Below are positions 30,834 through 44,940 of a stretch of 64,000 bases of DNA, piece by piece; the first letter of the stretch is position 1; the number at the start of each line of letters is the position of its first letter. The notes beneath the pieces were generated by a model, which ran no database searches, was not told where the DNA came from, and saw only the letters and a program-made list of their open reading frames with translations. This stretch comes from Octopus vulgaris (lineage: Eukaryota), in contig OX597821.1 of NCBI GenBank assembly GCA_951406725.2, positions 62,868,001 through 62,932,000 on the forward strand, read 5' to 3'. The translations under genes were made by a program, and so were the position numbers.

Positions 30834-30885
30834 ATTTTTGATTTTGATTTTTCCAGTATCAGCTAATGAGCTGTCGCCATGCTGG

Positions 30886-30939
<54 letters not shown>

Positions 30940-30940
<1 letters not shown>

Positions 30941-31150
30941 ATAAAAACGGTAACAAAAGAAAGAAAGAGACCTCGATATTGAGCAAATAGTGGAATTTAT
31001 CTGTAAATGTAATATCTGACAATTATTCGGTAGCCAAGATAAAACTCCGAGTTTCGGATGCCGAGGTATAAATCCGCGCCACCTTCACCTATCCGGTCAT
31101 CGGAAAAACGCTATCAAAATTGACTGTTAGGCTTTAAAAAGGGCGCATTT
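30940..31150 (-). mobile_element. Non-autonomous element with hammerhead-like motif (H2)
   Basis: Minus strand CCGATGA-CC-GGAT...ATCC-GAAA-CTCGGAGTT; flanked by (TA)n. Confidence 0.45.
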
Positions 31151-32044
31151 ATTATTTATTATATATATACTTAGACTTATGTTTATGAAGCTGACAAATC
31201 TCTTATTTCTCTACTTATCAGCTAATCCATCACCATCACGTCAAGTGCTTCTTTTCTTAAACACATGCATGCATGAACACACGCACACCCAAACCCTTGT
31301 GCAAATATACAGGCGACGAAGAAAGTATATAGGCAGGAATATAGGAAATTACAGTCACTTTGAAAGTTAAAGCATATCATTAGTGACTTAAATAATGTTT
31401 GATAGTAATGAATTGCCTTTTATATATCTCTTTTCCAACTATTTTTCCTGTCCTCTCTACATGTAAGTTACTTTTCTTTTATATATTTACTTTGTTACGT
31501 GAAAATAGTATAATTAATATCCACAAATTCCTTTCAAATATGACAAAATTAACACATAAAAAGAAAACAGTGCTCACTCTATTTCCAGACCTACTGGTGA
31601 TGAGTTATAAAACTAATAAATGATTAATTAGAATGATGATCATAATCATCATGGTATTGCCGCTGTTTTTCATTTAAAAGCTTGGTATGTTCTATGAGAG
31701 AAATCTATTGTTTAAAAATAACTGAACTGCATGAAATGATTTTATTTCATTTAAGCAAAGTGAAGTGGAAAAATATATATATATCACTTTGGCTTCAATA
31801 ATAGCCTGCTAATGAGTTGACGTCAGAGATATAGAATATCATGCTAATATTGCTTTTAAAACTTTTTCTTAAATACAGCACAAGTGTAAACCAGTTGAGA
31901 ATATCAGGTGGCGTTTTTGTTTAGTATTACACCTAATCAAATTTAGATATTTCTGAGAGGGTACGCTACCAGCAAGAGTATAAAAAAATATTATTATTTT
32001 TTTCTATTTATGCTGATAATTATTCTCTTTGCAACAAAGGCATC

Positions 32045-32163
<119 letters not shown>

Positions 32164-33390
32164 ATTGGAGTGCTGCAAAACGACAAGATAACAGAAAGTG
32201 AAAAAGATAGGAAAATGTCCAAAGTTTATAAGACAAGAATTAGGAAGTGCCTGAAACAAAGTTAAATGAGTGGAGTATCATGAAAGCCATAAATACATGT
32301 ATTCATGTTAGTTTAGTATTAAAATACTCATCTCTCTTTCTGAAATGGATTAAAGTCGAGCTACAGAACTTAGAAAGCTACCCACAATACACAACGCATA
32401 CCAACGTAAACATAATAGCGATAGACTCCACCTATCAAGAAAAGAAGGACGCAGAAGACTACTAGCTGTAGGAGATGCTGTTAGTACTGCGATATTGGGT
32501 TTGAAAAATTATGTTGCACAGATTGAATGAAAATCGGCAGCTAGAGATACCCAGATATAAGTGAAGCAAGGAGATTTGCAGGAGTGTAGGAATAAAAGCA
32601 GAGAATGCATATAGAAAGTAATTGAATTACATGCCAATTCATACAACAAACCGATAATGTCGGAAGTAAAGAAAGCTGACTTTGGCTGACGAACGAACGA
32701 ACGGAAGCCTGAAACGAGAGACCGAAGCGTTAAGTATAGTCAATCAGGAAGAATTCGTTAGGACGAATCCTATAAATGCAAAGAAGGACGAAACTCAGAG
32801 AGAGAGAGAGAGAGAGAGACGGGAGAGAGAGAGCAAGTGTAGAAAAGGAAGTGAAAGCATCTATGATTTCTTGAGTGAATGCAGTAGGCTACCACCAAGG
32901 AGTATAAGCGCAGTCATAAATATGTAGATAAAAGAGTTGGCTTTGTGTGTGGTTTCGAAATACCAGGAAAGTGATATGAGCACTATCTAGATGCTATAAT
33001 AAGAAATAAGAATTTCAGGAAGCATTGGAGTTTTCACGTAAAGGCTAACCATTCTGAAGCGAGAAAACCACATAAGATTATACAGGACATTTTAAAAACA
33101 GAAAACAAAACTGTATAAGATCATATATTTTCCAGTTCACTCTGATAACAGAAGTAAAACCATAGAAATTGAAGCAATAAAATGTGAAATATCTGGGCCT
33201 AGCAAAAGTGTTGAAGAAACTATGGAAAACTAGAACAATAGTAACTCGTGCGGTAATTGGTGTTCTTGGGACAACACCCAAAGCGCTAACTAAGAAACTG
33301 AAAGATACTTGAATTAAGAAGCACAGTGTCGATCTGCAGGAATATGCCAGCCTGTATTCTTCAAGAATTCGAAAAGTTCTTGATAATTGA
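32164..33390 (+). mobile_element. R4/Dong-like RLE non-LTR retrotransposon relic (RT C-terminus, CCHC region, endonuclease)
   Basis: Pieced translation GVLQNDKI..VYKTRIRKCL / KLNEWSIMKAINT / DRLHLSRKEG / GSLKRETEALSIVNQEEFVRTN / SKCR..ESI..FLSEC / KYLGLAKVLKKLWK..VIGVLGTTPK..LQEYA..IRKVL matches R4-clade ORF motifs; many frameshifts. Confidence 0.85.
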
Positions 33391-33449
33391 GAAAACTTCT
33401 CACCAAAGCTAAAGATGAGGTTCTTCATAAATTAGAATGTAATAGCTTT

Positions 33450-33692
33450 CTAATGATGATCATGGGCAAGGAAAACCGCATTTGCATACAAATTGATCTA
33501 TCGAGTCTGTTCCAAACCGAGATTGCGACGAGAGTAGATGAAAATATGAGAAATTATAACCCCTTAAAATCTGAAATTACAAGATCTTACAACATGAAAT
33601 CTGTAAATACTGTACCAGTAATAGTTGGTGTTTCCCCTATTAAATATAGGGAAGCTCATTTGAAGTGTTTTGAAAATGTTATAACTTATTGA
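33450..33692 (+). mobile_element. Second RLE endonuclease fragment (R4/Dong-like)
   Basis: KENRICIQIDLS...NYNPLKSEITRSYNMKSVNTVPVIVG resembles the RLE 'C.IID...KY..L..EI..LW...V.PV.VG' motif. Confidence 0.65.
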
Positions 33693-33919
33693 AATTGTGT
33701 AGTTATCTCAGGATTCAGGTAATAACCCGTTAGCCGCATACATTCTACCAAAAAAAAAAGACCGAGCCTGAGTGAATATGATGATAATAGTGCTAATAAT
33801 AATAACAGCAATAATTATAAAAAAAACAACAAAAACAAAAACAACAATAATATTAATAACAATTACGACGACGACGACGACGAGGAGGAGGAGGAGGAAG
33901 AGGAGGAGGATAACAGGGA

Positions 33920-34130
33920 GCAAACTAATCAGTATGAGATTATGGTTGCATTACGACATGATAATGAGTGCGCATGAAAATTATTGAGAAAATCATAAAA
34001 TATCAGGACCTCGCCAAATAGACGAGGTTATTGTGAAACGGATATGTGACAGCTATTTCTGTAATAATTGGTGCACTTGATGCAGCTCCCAAACAGCTAC
34101 CTACGAGGCTAAAATTTATTGGAATTTAGC
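33920..34130 (+). mobile_element. Third RLE endonuclease fragment (R4/Dong-like)
   Basis: IEKIIKYQDLA...ISVIIGALDAAPKQL. Confidence 0.65.
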
Positions 34131-34589
34131 AGAGGAAGGTCGACTTGAAGTAAAAATTACAAAATTTGAAACCATTATCTAATAGGTTTTGTATGGAGTG
34201 ATGCATAAAAATTTCCCTTAGCAACTATTGCGCCCCAGGTTCAGTTGCTCTGCTTGCTATTCCAGGCAAATGGAATTATCCTTAACTTCGAGCCGGCCAA
34301 TCTAGTGTGAGAGAAATTCAGAAATCGGGAACTCTACTGAAGCCAGTCAGATGGGTTATACGTATAGTTCATTATGTTTAGCCATTGTCAAATACTGCGA
34401 TGCACTGATATAGCGACAGTATTACATAAAAGACGGGTCGTTAAAATGTGCAGTCACTTATGCATTAGTTCAACAAACAAAAAATTAGTTAATCGAACAA
34501 CTAGGTAATCATCGCGGCAAGAGACGGAGATCCTCCCATTAATATTAATAGTAATGTGGAAGATAATAACTTAAAATACAATTACTGGA

Positions 34590-34634
34590 TGTGATGACGA
34601 TGAAGATGACGACAACGGCGACGACGACGACGAC

Positions 34635-34713
<79 letters not shown>

Positions 34714-34755
34714 ATTATGACGACGATGGTGACCACGACGACGACGATGATGATT
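34590..34755. repeat. (GAT/GAC)n microsatellite
   Basis: Seen directly. Confidence 0.95.
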
Positions 34756-35098
34756 TCTAACTCTGGCAATATTCCATATATCTTTGGCGAGGTTTAAGTT
34801 GAATCAATCTACGTCAGATCCGATAAAACATCAAGGTAAAGGAACGTAGGCATACGATTCAAGTAATTTAAACCGCCATTCACCACTCAAACAACAACAA
34901 CAGCAACGACGGTATGAATAAATGATTTTAAGATACAAATGAAGAGATCCATTTCAACATGTGAGCCAACTCTTTTAACACACGTTTATCTTGACAGTGA
35001 CGTATCTAAAGGAAAAATAAAACTTATGTCATTTGTCCTGCTTTAAAGACAAAAAAGAGGGACGTATAAATAGGTTAGAAATAATGGAGAGCTTTGAG

Positions 35099-35133
<35 letters not shown>

Positions 35134-35526
35134 TCTCTTTATATATATCTTTTCTGGTTCGGTGTTTCCCGCATGCAGGATGAAATTGAATAACTGAACT
35201 TCCAAATTACATTGCAAATGTCTAAACTCTAGGATGTGCTGTGCAGTCGTCAGAAATTCTGTCTCCAATAAGTAATATGAAATCTCCATCTATATGAGTT
35301 TACATGATTAGTTCTAGAAACATAAATTCGTTTTAAACATTTTCTTGGAAAAAATGGAAAAAATGGGGTTCAGTCCCCTAACCAAAGCTTTAACAATTCT
35401 CCAAGCTCATCCTTTTTAATAACAATCATTGCTATTGTACGCCGAAGTACTTATAACAATACCGAAAGGATAAAAACGCAAAATCAACCTCAGAAGGATT
35501 TTAGCTCAGAATATAAAGGCGAACTA

Positions 35527-35735
35527 GCGGAGACGCCTAGCTTAGTGGTCAGGATGTTGGACTCATGATCGTAAGACTGTGGTTACGATTGCTGGACCGG
35601 CCGACCTTTTGTGTTCTTGAGCAAAACACTTCATTTCACGTTGCTCCAGTCCACTCAAATGGAGAAAAGGAGTAATCCTGCGACGGACGCTTTCCTGTTC
35701 AGATGGGAAATATACCCGCTTGGCATGGCGCGAGG
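35527..35735 (+). mobile_element. tRNA-derived SINE (CORE/V-like), diverged
   Basis: TAGCTTAGTGG A box; GTGTTCTTGAGCAAAACACTT CORE-like motif; CCTGCGACGGAC V-like motif. Confidence 0.65.
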
Positions 35736-35857
35736 TAAAATGTGCATTCTGACTGCGATGATAATCGTTCTGTCCATTTACCGTCTTTATAAGCTTTTCT
35801 ACTAAAGGCAGAAAACCTGAACCTTTGGGGGAGGGACTAATAATGATGAGGAGGAGG

Positions 35858-36220
35858 AGTCGTGGACCTAAGGATCAGCTCTTAATTGATAATCTAATTA
35901 TCAGGAACTGCAAGAGAAAACACACAAACTTGAGCATGGTATGGGTTGACTATCGTAAAGCATATGATATGATGGCAAACTCTTGGATAATAAAAACAAT
36001 GGAAATGTATGGAGTAGCGGAAGATATGAGAAGCCTTATATGGAATAGCATGAAATGATGGAGAACGGAATTGACAGCAGGGAACCAAGTATTAGGAGAG
36101 GTGAAAATCAAGAGAGGTATCTTCCAGATGGACAATGCGTCTCCACTGATCTTCGTACTAGGAATGATCCCCTTGAGTGAAATACTACAGAAAACAATGT
36201 TGTGGTATGAACTATGTAGA
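35858..36220 (+). mobile_element. R4/Dong-like reverse transcriptase core fragment
   Basis: [11 protein letters not shown]...[21 protein letters not shown]...*WRTELT...VKIKRGIFQMDNASPLIFVLGMIPL matches the R4 RT motifs (WIDY.KAYD.VPHSW; RGIFQGDSLSPLLF); one in-frame stop. Confidence 0.9.
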
Positions 36221-36290
36221 GGTAAGTTTTTATCTCAGAACGTAAAGACGGACGAAATACTATTAAGAATTACGCCCGGGATGCTAACAA

Positions 36291-36471
36291 TGTTGGGGGG
36301 ACAAACACACACATATATACGACAGGCTTCTTTCAGTTTCCGTCTACCAAATTCACTCACAAGGCTTTGGTTGGTCCGAGGCTATAGTAGAAGACACTTG
36401 GCCAGTGGGACTGATCCCGGAACCGTGTTGTTGGTAAGCAAGTTACTTACCTCACAGCCACCCCTGCGCCT
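36291..36471 (-). mobile_element. SINE family A (minus strand) between family B fragments
   Basis: Reverse complement of the family A head and left arm; family B pieces at ~36230-36290 and 36472-36567. Confidence 0.85.
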
Positions 36472-36639
36472 TAATTGGTACTTATTTAATCGACCCCGAA
36501 ATAACGAAAGGCAAAGTCGACCTCGGCTGAAGTTGAACTCAGAACGTAACGGCAGATGAAATACCGATCAACATTCTAACACTAACCACAATTCAAATTC
36601 TGCAGAGCCTTTGTATATAACCACTACCCAATGATATAT

Positions 36640-36980
36640 CACTAAAGTGATATTATATGGAACTCCGTCGGTTACTATGACGGGGATTCCAGTTGATCCA
36701 ATGATGGAACATCCTATTCGTAAATCTAAAGTGCAAGTTTTGAGCACTCCTTTGACAGGTCTTGTTTATCCTTACCATAATTAAAAGGTAAGAGTGACAT
36801 GCTGAATGTGACTAAGTTGACTCTTTGGATTATATGTACAACCTTTTGCCAGCTGAGGGGACCGAAGCAACGTGATATAAAGTCTCTCGCTCAAGAACAC
36901 AATGCGCTGTCTGGAATCGAACTCATAACGTTATCCCTGGAATCTGAATATCCCTAAGCATTAAGCCACGTGCTTTCACT
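36640..36980 (-). mobile_element. tRNA-derived SINE, diverged
   Basis: Minus strand GTGGCTTAATG A box, GAGTTCGATTCC B box, GTGTTCTTGAGC CORE-like motif. Confidence 0.65.
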
Positions 36981-37099
36981 CAAAGTGATATTAGAAATAT
37001 CATGACAAACTGCAATGCAGATGAACGATTTTCGAAGTCATTCCTATTAAACCCAGTAGACCAAGTTTCACATAGATTACATGCAGGAAACTGTCGGAA

Positions 37100-37386
37100 A
37101 CAATACAACAACAACAACAACAATGATAACAACAACAACAACAATAACAATAACAATGATAATAACAATAACAACAATAATAATAACAACAAAGACAACA
37201 ACAATAATAATAACAACAACAACAACGATAATAATAATAACAAGAACAATAATAATAACAACAATAATAATAATAATAACAAGAAAAAAAAATAATAACA
37301 ACAATTCTAATAATAACAACAACAACAATAACAACAACAACAACAGCAACACTAATAATGATCATCATCATCATCATCATCATCAT
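37100..37386. repeat. (AAC/AAT)n-(CAT)n compound microsatellite
   Basis: Seen directly. Confidence 0.95.
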
Positions 37387-38009
37387 GAAGAAATGCTGGG
37401 GGCATAATTGCTATTTCAAACTCTGTCCGATTCAACTTTCTATATAAACTCATTTTTAATCGGATGCCAATGGAAAATGTGATAGTTGTAAATATTTATT
37501 TCTCACATCCTGCAGTCATTGGGCTGGTTGTTTATCTACGTTATTCTCTCTCGTTTTCTCTTTATCTTCGCCAAAATCTTATAGTGTGTTGTAAACATTT
37601 TGATTTAAAAACTCTCTCTTCAATGAAAACGTCAGAGCAAGATAAAAGAGCGAAAAAAAGCCAGAAAGGGAGAGTGAGAGAAAGGTGAGTGGGAGAGAAT
37701 ATAGAAGAGAAAACTGTGAATGTTTTAAGATAGTATCATGAAACCAATGAAGTATGTTGTTATGTTAAGATATATACACTGGTTGTTTTAAGTGCAAGTT
37801 AAAGTTTCTTGTATTAAGATAATTTTGTTGCAAAATACTTCGTTAAAAACAAACATATTCAATTTACTCTTGGAGAATTACATTTAGAATCAAACATCTA
37901 TTCTTAGACACATGGAGGTTGATAAACATCTCACGTGATTTTCGAAAGTAAACTTCGAATAAAAGTGCGAATACAAAATACATGCATACATACATACACA
38001 CATGCTTGT

Positions 38010-38053
38010 CTAGATAAATAGATGTTTAGATAGATAGATAGATAGATAGATAT

Positions 38054-38106
<53 letters not shown>

Positions 38107-38151
38107 TAGAGAGAGAGATAAATAGATAGATAGATAGATAGACAGACAGAC

Positions 38152-38207
<56 letters not shown>

Positions 38208-38241
38208 GTAGATAGATAGATAGATAAATAGACAGACAGAC

Positions 38242-38313
<72 letters not shown>
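38010..38313. repeat. (GATA)n tetranucleotide array (similar arrays at 1727-1838, 30520-30617, 39636-39730)
   Basis: Seen directly. Confidence 0.95.
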
Positions 38314-39429
38314 TATGTAATTAAGTAGTATATATTTTATTATGGCCGGTCAGAAACTTACCATTGGTTTGAAGTCTAGTATTGCACTTGGCAATGTAAG
38401 CGACTCATACCTGCTGACCAGTATCACGTAACCTCTTTATTAATGGAGATAAATATAAATACCTGAAACGATTTCAGTTTGTTTTGTTCCTGTTTTCTTT
38501 CTTTCTTTCTCTCCCCCCTCTCTGTCTATAGTAGCCCGCAAACTAGGGAGACGACGTTTGCAAAACAAATTTTCAATTTTGTTGGCACCGACTAAACATT
38601 TCAATCTTCAAGAATGAACCCAGATCAGGCATGGTTTTTAGGGTCATTGCTTTCTCAGCCAAGTAAAGTGTTCACTGTCTGCTTCCGTTGAGGCATGACC
38701 TAGACCGTTTCCGTAGCCTCCAGTTAACTTTGTAACGGAAAGTCCCTAGAAGTATATCATATTTTGTTTCTATGTATTTGCTGCAGATCTATTCCTTAAT
38801 AAGAGAAGTATGTGGCTTGTCTTATTTCACATCTTTCACCAGATCTATCAGGATATGCTCAATAGCTCAACCAGCCATTAATGCTCAAGTCCTCAAATGA
38901 GTGGGAATTTCTTTGATAAATATCTTCAGACGCTTACCTGCTTTTCCCCTTGTCCACACGCATTTTCAAACTTTCTCCGTCGATCGCTATCTCTTCACTT
39001 ACACCAGCTGATAATAAGATAGTGTTCTTCAGATATACTGAAACCCAGGTTTGGGATACAGCGACAGTAGTATCTGCAGCCGTGGGCTTCACCTCTGCTG
39101 CAGTTTGCTGTGTTGTTTAAAGCATTTGCACTACATTTCAGAGGAAGGAATTCAAGCGATATTTGTAACCACACGTTTACTAAGGTTTCCCTCTGCCAAT
39201 CAGTACCAATGTCCTCCTACCCACTTTCTCATTACTTTCCTTGTGGCTGTCGTGGTTGTCCTACAGTGAGTGCGTGCTTGTGTGCCTGTCGTGTGTTCGT
39301 GGGACATACTGAAACCCATTATCGCTCGAGCCCTCAAGTGTATACATTCATACAAACATCTTATCTGCTCTGCACACAAAACCCAGTGCGGATGATCGAG
39401 GCCTTTTGATATATATATATATCTATATC

Positions 39430-39732
<303 letters not shown>

Positions 39733-40129
39733 GTAGACCTATATATGTATATATATATATGTATATATATATTTATATATATAATTTAAATCATGTACTT
39801 CATTTCACATAATTGTCCAGAAAATCACATGCTCATATCTTATTTACACTAACAAAACCAAAATACTATTAACCCCTAATTGTGATTATATTAAGCCGAA
39901 CTACTATAACCTGAAGTGCAACTACATAGCAATCGATATGTAACTAAACAAATGTACGACAATATCTCACATACGTCTCTCTGATAATCCATTTTAAAGC
40001 GAGAAGCGCAGTTTTCGCAATCTCATTAGAAGTAATACTATCTCTACATATGCAGTCTCAAGAATACGATGGTATATTTGAGCTTATTTCTTAAGTATAA
40101 AATAGAAACCTGAGAAAAGTCGTGCATAG

Positions 40130-40617
40130 TTTTACTGCCTCGTTTAAAGATTGTATTTGCAACGTGCGACTCGGTTGGTTCTTTATCTGAAAATCCAAGC
40201 TTATCCAGACTGACAGTTAGGCATTTACTTACAAAACCAAGTGCAACAATCATTATTGATATAAATGTAAATTTGTAATCCGGATATAGAAGCTGGAAGT
40301 TTCGAAGCAGTTGTCCATAGTTATCATTTTTTCTCTTTGATTTTCAACGGGATATTCGCATCAGCACCACAGCTGACCTCTATAACACTACACACTTTTT
40401 CTTGTAGGGCCCGAACAATAATATCTGACCTGTTATGCCTACACTTGTCAGATACTTTGTGGGGATTGTTCCACCAGTATTCCTTATGCTGGTAGTTGTG
40501 TACGTATTCAGTAACTGAATGATTCTCTATATCTAATACAGGACGATCTTTTTTTTTCGAATGCTAATGTGTATTATTATTGCGACAATGTCATATCCCA
40601 TAGAGAGATAGTCCTCA
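40130..40617 (-). mobile_element. RLE-type non-LTR retrotransposon endonuclease relic (different family)
   Basis: HKEYWWNNPHKVSDKCRHNRSDIIV..EKVCSVIEVSC..D.NI..KIKEK/DNYGQLLRNFQLLYPDYKF..IVALGFV: degenerate PD-(D/E)xK RLE pattern with a frameshift. Confidence 0.75.
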
Positions 40618-40645
40618 TGTATGTATGTATGTATGTATGTATGTA

Positions 40646-40719
<74 letters not shown>

Positions 40720-42239
40720 TGTGTGTGTGAATATATACGTACAATAGCAGAAGGCAAGGATTACATGTTGGCATACACAACCAACATTTGTTGTAAACAT
40801 CGAAATCAGCTTTGTTAAATATTCATTAACCAGCAGGAAAAAAAATTGTAAATAAAGACTCATCTGTTTTCTCAAATACGAAAAGATAAATGCAATTTCT
40901 AATTGAGCATAAATTAATGGCTTTGGGCCATGTCGACATTTTGTTCGTAACATTTCAGAGCGAATGGATCATATATAAATGTAAAAGAAAAGCAAGCAAA
41001 GCGGTAATTCATAATCTTAATGTCCAATATAAAATATTGTTCACTTCGTCGTGTTTTGCAATATATTATTTAATTGCAAATTACGCAAAATTGTTTAGAA
41101 ATATACAATTTTATCGAGAAACAGTGCATCAATTAATAATATGTTATATGAGGTAGTTAATAATGCATAACAACAACGGTTTTCGTAAGGTGCGTGCCAT
41201 AACTGTCAATATCTAATTCTCATTAAGAATGTGGTTTTTGTCTGTTTTTATTTCTCTCAAGCAAGCATGCTGACATTAATCTATATAAGTTATAATCTAC
41301 ACCAATTAAACATGCATCTTTGAATATCTATTTTCCCTCTCTTTTCTCTCTGTAGCTATCTAGATATCAACGCATTTAACTGTAAAAGTAATAATAATTA
41401 TACTGTTGATATCTTGTATATACAACCTGGTGGTGGTGTGGGGAGATATAAAGACGGTGAAATTATACATATTTCAACACAGATATTGCAGAGAGCCTTT
41501 TAATAGCGCTAACCTGATAAAGTAAAAAAAAACATTATCTCCCTGGTCACCAAATGCAAGTACTTCAATCAATTCTTATACACTAATCTACATACATATA
41601 CTTACTCAAGCTGTATTAATCCAAACCGATATTACCAAAGTCACAGTCATCAGAAAAAAACTGTTGAGAAATAATACCTCACTCTCCAACCTCACTTTCC
41701 TTTTCAAGTGGAAACTCATAAATTCTATGAGAGCTTGTCCTCAAAAGAAATCGTCTACACCCCATCTTTGCAGCGTCTTCCACTACAGAAGTTCTTCTGT
41801 CAGAGCCTATAGGCGAAGGAACAAGACTAGATCCATGTTGCTAAAGGTGAGCATTCGGGTAAGCGAACGGATCACGGGGGAACGCGCCATCATTTAGATA
41901 TGTTTTACACTCGATAGTAGCTATTTGTCATAACTACACAATAGAGCAGTGATCGGAGTATGTGCAAGATGGTTACTCGTTCTGCACGCATCTCGCATGA
42001 TGGTAGTTTATCTCGAACTGATAGTGCCATGCAGTTAGCTACCTAATGAATTAATTCTAGAAATGGTTAATATTAGTCCTAGGTCTTCAAGACCTCCCAA
42101 ACAGTGAAGTCGTCCTCCTCTTAAACAGTGTAAAAATTAGGAAGGATTTTAAAGGCGGCGAGCTGGAAAAATCATTATTGCATCGTCGGCAAAAAGCTTG
42201 GCCATATTTCTGCCGTGAATTCATCTCCCAAACAACGCC

Positions 42240-42495
42240 ATCGTTCTTACCCATCACAAGTGCTCTATATATTGCTTCAGTGTAAATTCTACCAATCTCA
42301 TTACCTGCCGCTTATTGGCACTGACGGTTTTACCTTATTCCAGACACTATGCCCTTATTATGGCTCTCTTTTTGACCGAAGACTGCAGCTGCGAAAAAAC
42401 ATGCCTTTAGAGATCGCACTGACTCATCGTCCAAGAAAGTCTGCTGATGACGCAATCCTCAACGCATGCCTGCACATCGTCGACCAAATCTAATA
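42240..42495 (+). mobile_element. Highly degenerate LINE RT fragment (Rex1/Babar- or L2-like)
   Basis: HYLP/LALT (cf. DYRPVALT) and HRPRKSADDAILNACLHIVDQI (cf. YRPNRSTDDAI..LH). Confidence 0.45.
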
Positions 42496-43457
42496 CAAAC
42501 TGCATTCTGCTTATGAATTACACAATGAGATCTTGGAAGTAGGGGCCTACTTAAAAAGCCTTAATCAATACATTTATCAATTTCTGCGTGATCGAAGCTA
42601 ACAATAGTTACGTCGAAAACAACAAAAATATTTCTTTTAAATTCACAGGTTTCAATTATATATCTTTCCTATTCAAAAGTAGATTCTTCACAATACATGT
42701 TGTTAGGAGTTGCCATTTTCGAAACTTTTCAAAACCAGTGAACCTTGTATAAATTTCTGATATAAAACGAAATTCAACAAAAGCTAATAATGGTCAGAAA
42801 ATTCTGACTAATGTATTGCTATATGAAAGTAATATAGGTTTAAAGAATAATAAACGAAGTAATGAAACAGAATATTTGCATAATGAGTTTAACAAGAAAA
42901 ATCGAAGTATTGCCAATGTTATGATTACGCATTCAGAAAGTTGAGCATAAAAACTTCGCCTAGGGATATTTAGTTAACCAATGCAACACAGCATAGACAT
43001 TTCGTCCATTGTTTAATAAATAAAGCTCTAAACTTACTATTTATCTTCATAATTTGGAAGTATGATGTAGAATAGATTAGCAATTGTACTCACAACTTTT
43101 TATGGTCAATCCGGAAATCTTAGGAAGCCTCAAGATATTAGGGATGTAGAAGAAATATTTATCCTATTGTGCTTAGGAACATCATATGAAACTTCCATCC
43201 ATGTATTGTTATTAGAATAAAAACCATTGAAGCGTATTCGGGAAAGATATTCTTTGAATGGTTAGAAGTCTCCTTTGAACTGATTTTCTTTGAGTGACAG
43301 AATATTTCGAAAGAAAACAAGCGATACGAATGACAATTATTGTTCTTTACATTAACCAGCGGAAACAGCTTTCTATCTCCTCTTTCTTCAGCAAATCGAT
43401 AAACTTACACACAATACACATAGGCACATAGGCACATCATACATATAGGTGTATGTA

Positions 43458-43504
<47 letters not shown>

Positions 43505-43523
43505 TATATTTATATATATATAC

Positions 43524-43555
<32 letters not shown>

Positions 43556-43563
43556 TTGTATAC

Positions 43564-43595
<32 letters not shown>

Positions 43596-43691
43596 GTATA
43601 CATATATATATATATACATACATATATACACATATACGTATGTAAATATAAGTACATATATATATATATATATACATACATGCATACATAC

Positions 43692-43748
<57 letters not shown>

Positions 43749-44009
43749 TACATATAAAGAAATCGGCGTATATATATATTTTGAAATATAATCGTATGCA
43801 TATTTAAGCGAGAAACACACACACACACAAACACGCACACATGCGTGTGTATGTATGTTTAAATATATAATTCGCTTAACTATACATGTCATTGAACACC
43901 AAAATATAATAAAGATGGATGAATGCACAAAGACAGACAAGCAGACACACACACATATTTATAGTTCGAAACAATCTTAATAGTAACTCATTTTGGCGCA
44001 TAGTCAACT

Positions 44010-44203
44010 GTTTCCAGGGAAGAGGAAGTCGATTACATCGACTCGTGTGCTTAACTGGTAGCTATTTTATCGACCCCGAATGGAATAAAGTATAATTCAC
44101 TTTCTCGAAATTTGAACCTTGAACCTAAAGGACTGGCAGAAATGAGGCCAAGCTTGAAATGAGGCCGACGATCCGATAATGATTCTGCCAGCTCCCCGCC
44201 TTT
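44010..44203 (-). mobile_element. SINE family B, diverged
   Basis: AGTCGATTACATCGAC...TTTATCGACCCCGAA...AATTTGAAC...TCTGCCAGCTCCCCGCC shared with 5271-5855. Confidence 0.75.
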
Positions 44204-44819
44204 AAAATCCTTTCTAATTTTTACAGAAGTCAACAATTTTCAGGGATCCCAACATTGTACTTTGTTTTATTGTCCACGATAGGATGAAATGTGATTTTGA
44301 CTTCGGTGGTATTTGAACTCAGAAAATAAAGTGACGGGAGAAATGTGCATGTTGTCGGGTATTCTAAAGATCTATAAGATCAGGTAATTGGTAACAGTGT
44401 TTCTTTCATGAAATCAAATATAAATACATGGACTGAATATTAGTGCATCATTCATACAACATTTCGTCCGCTCATTCTTTACAAATTTAATTACTTACTT
44501 TCATGTGAAACAAATATCCAGATACAGTCCCACTTTTATTAAAACATACTTCGCATTGGCCAATCAACAGGCAGTCGATCTTCCTCTTGTCTTCAGACTA
44601 TATCTTTTTCTATATAATCTCCAAAACCGATGGAAGTGCTGCTCGGGGCTTCTGTCTAGTCTAGCGAGAGAGGAATCCTTTGATTTGTTTGTCTCTACTC
44701 GTTCTCTCTCGCTACTTTCAGGACTCCAATTCCTCAGCGCTGGCTATTATCACGTCTTCCACATTCAGGTACTAGTGACGCATTCATATCGTCAGCTCTT
44801 GTCACACTTGGTGCATCTG

Positions 44820-44940
44820 ACAACTTTGGTCAGGCAGAGTTCCAGATATGAGAACAATACTCTATTGTGTGCGTTATATGTATGTTGCAGAGTCTCACCA
44901 GAAGTATTTCACATTCCTCCTTCAAATTCCTAATTAAGGC
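44820..44940 (-). mobile_element. Degenerate LINE (CR1/Jockey group) RT C-terminal fragment
   Basis: Minus strand LCNIHITHTIEYCSHIW (cf. LYKAQIRP.MEYCSHIW). Confidence 0.45.

Noticed and set aside
38560-39400. Possible very old LINE RT relic
   Set aside because: Only faint motif resemblance; too degenerate to call.
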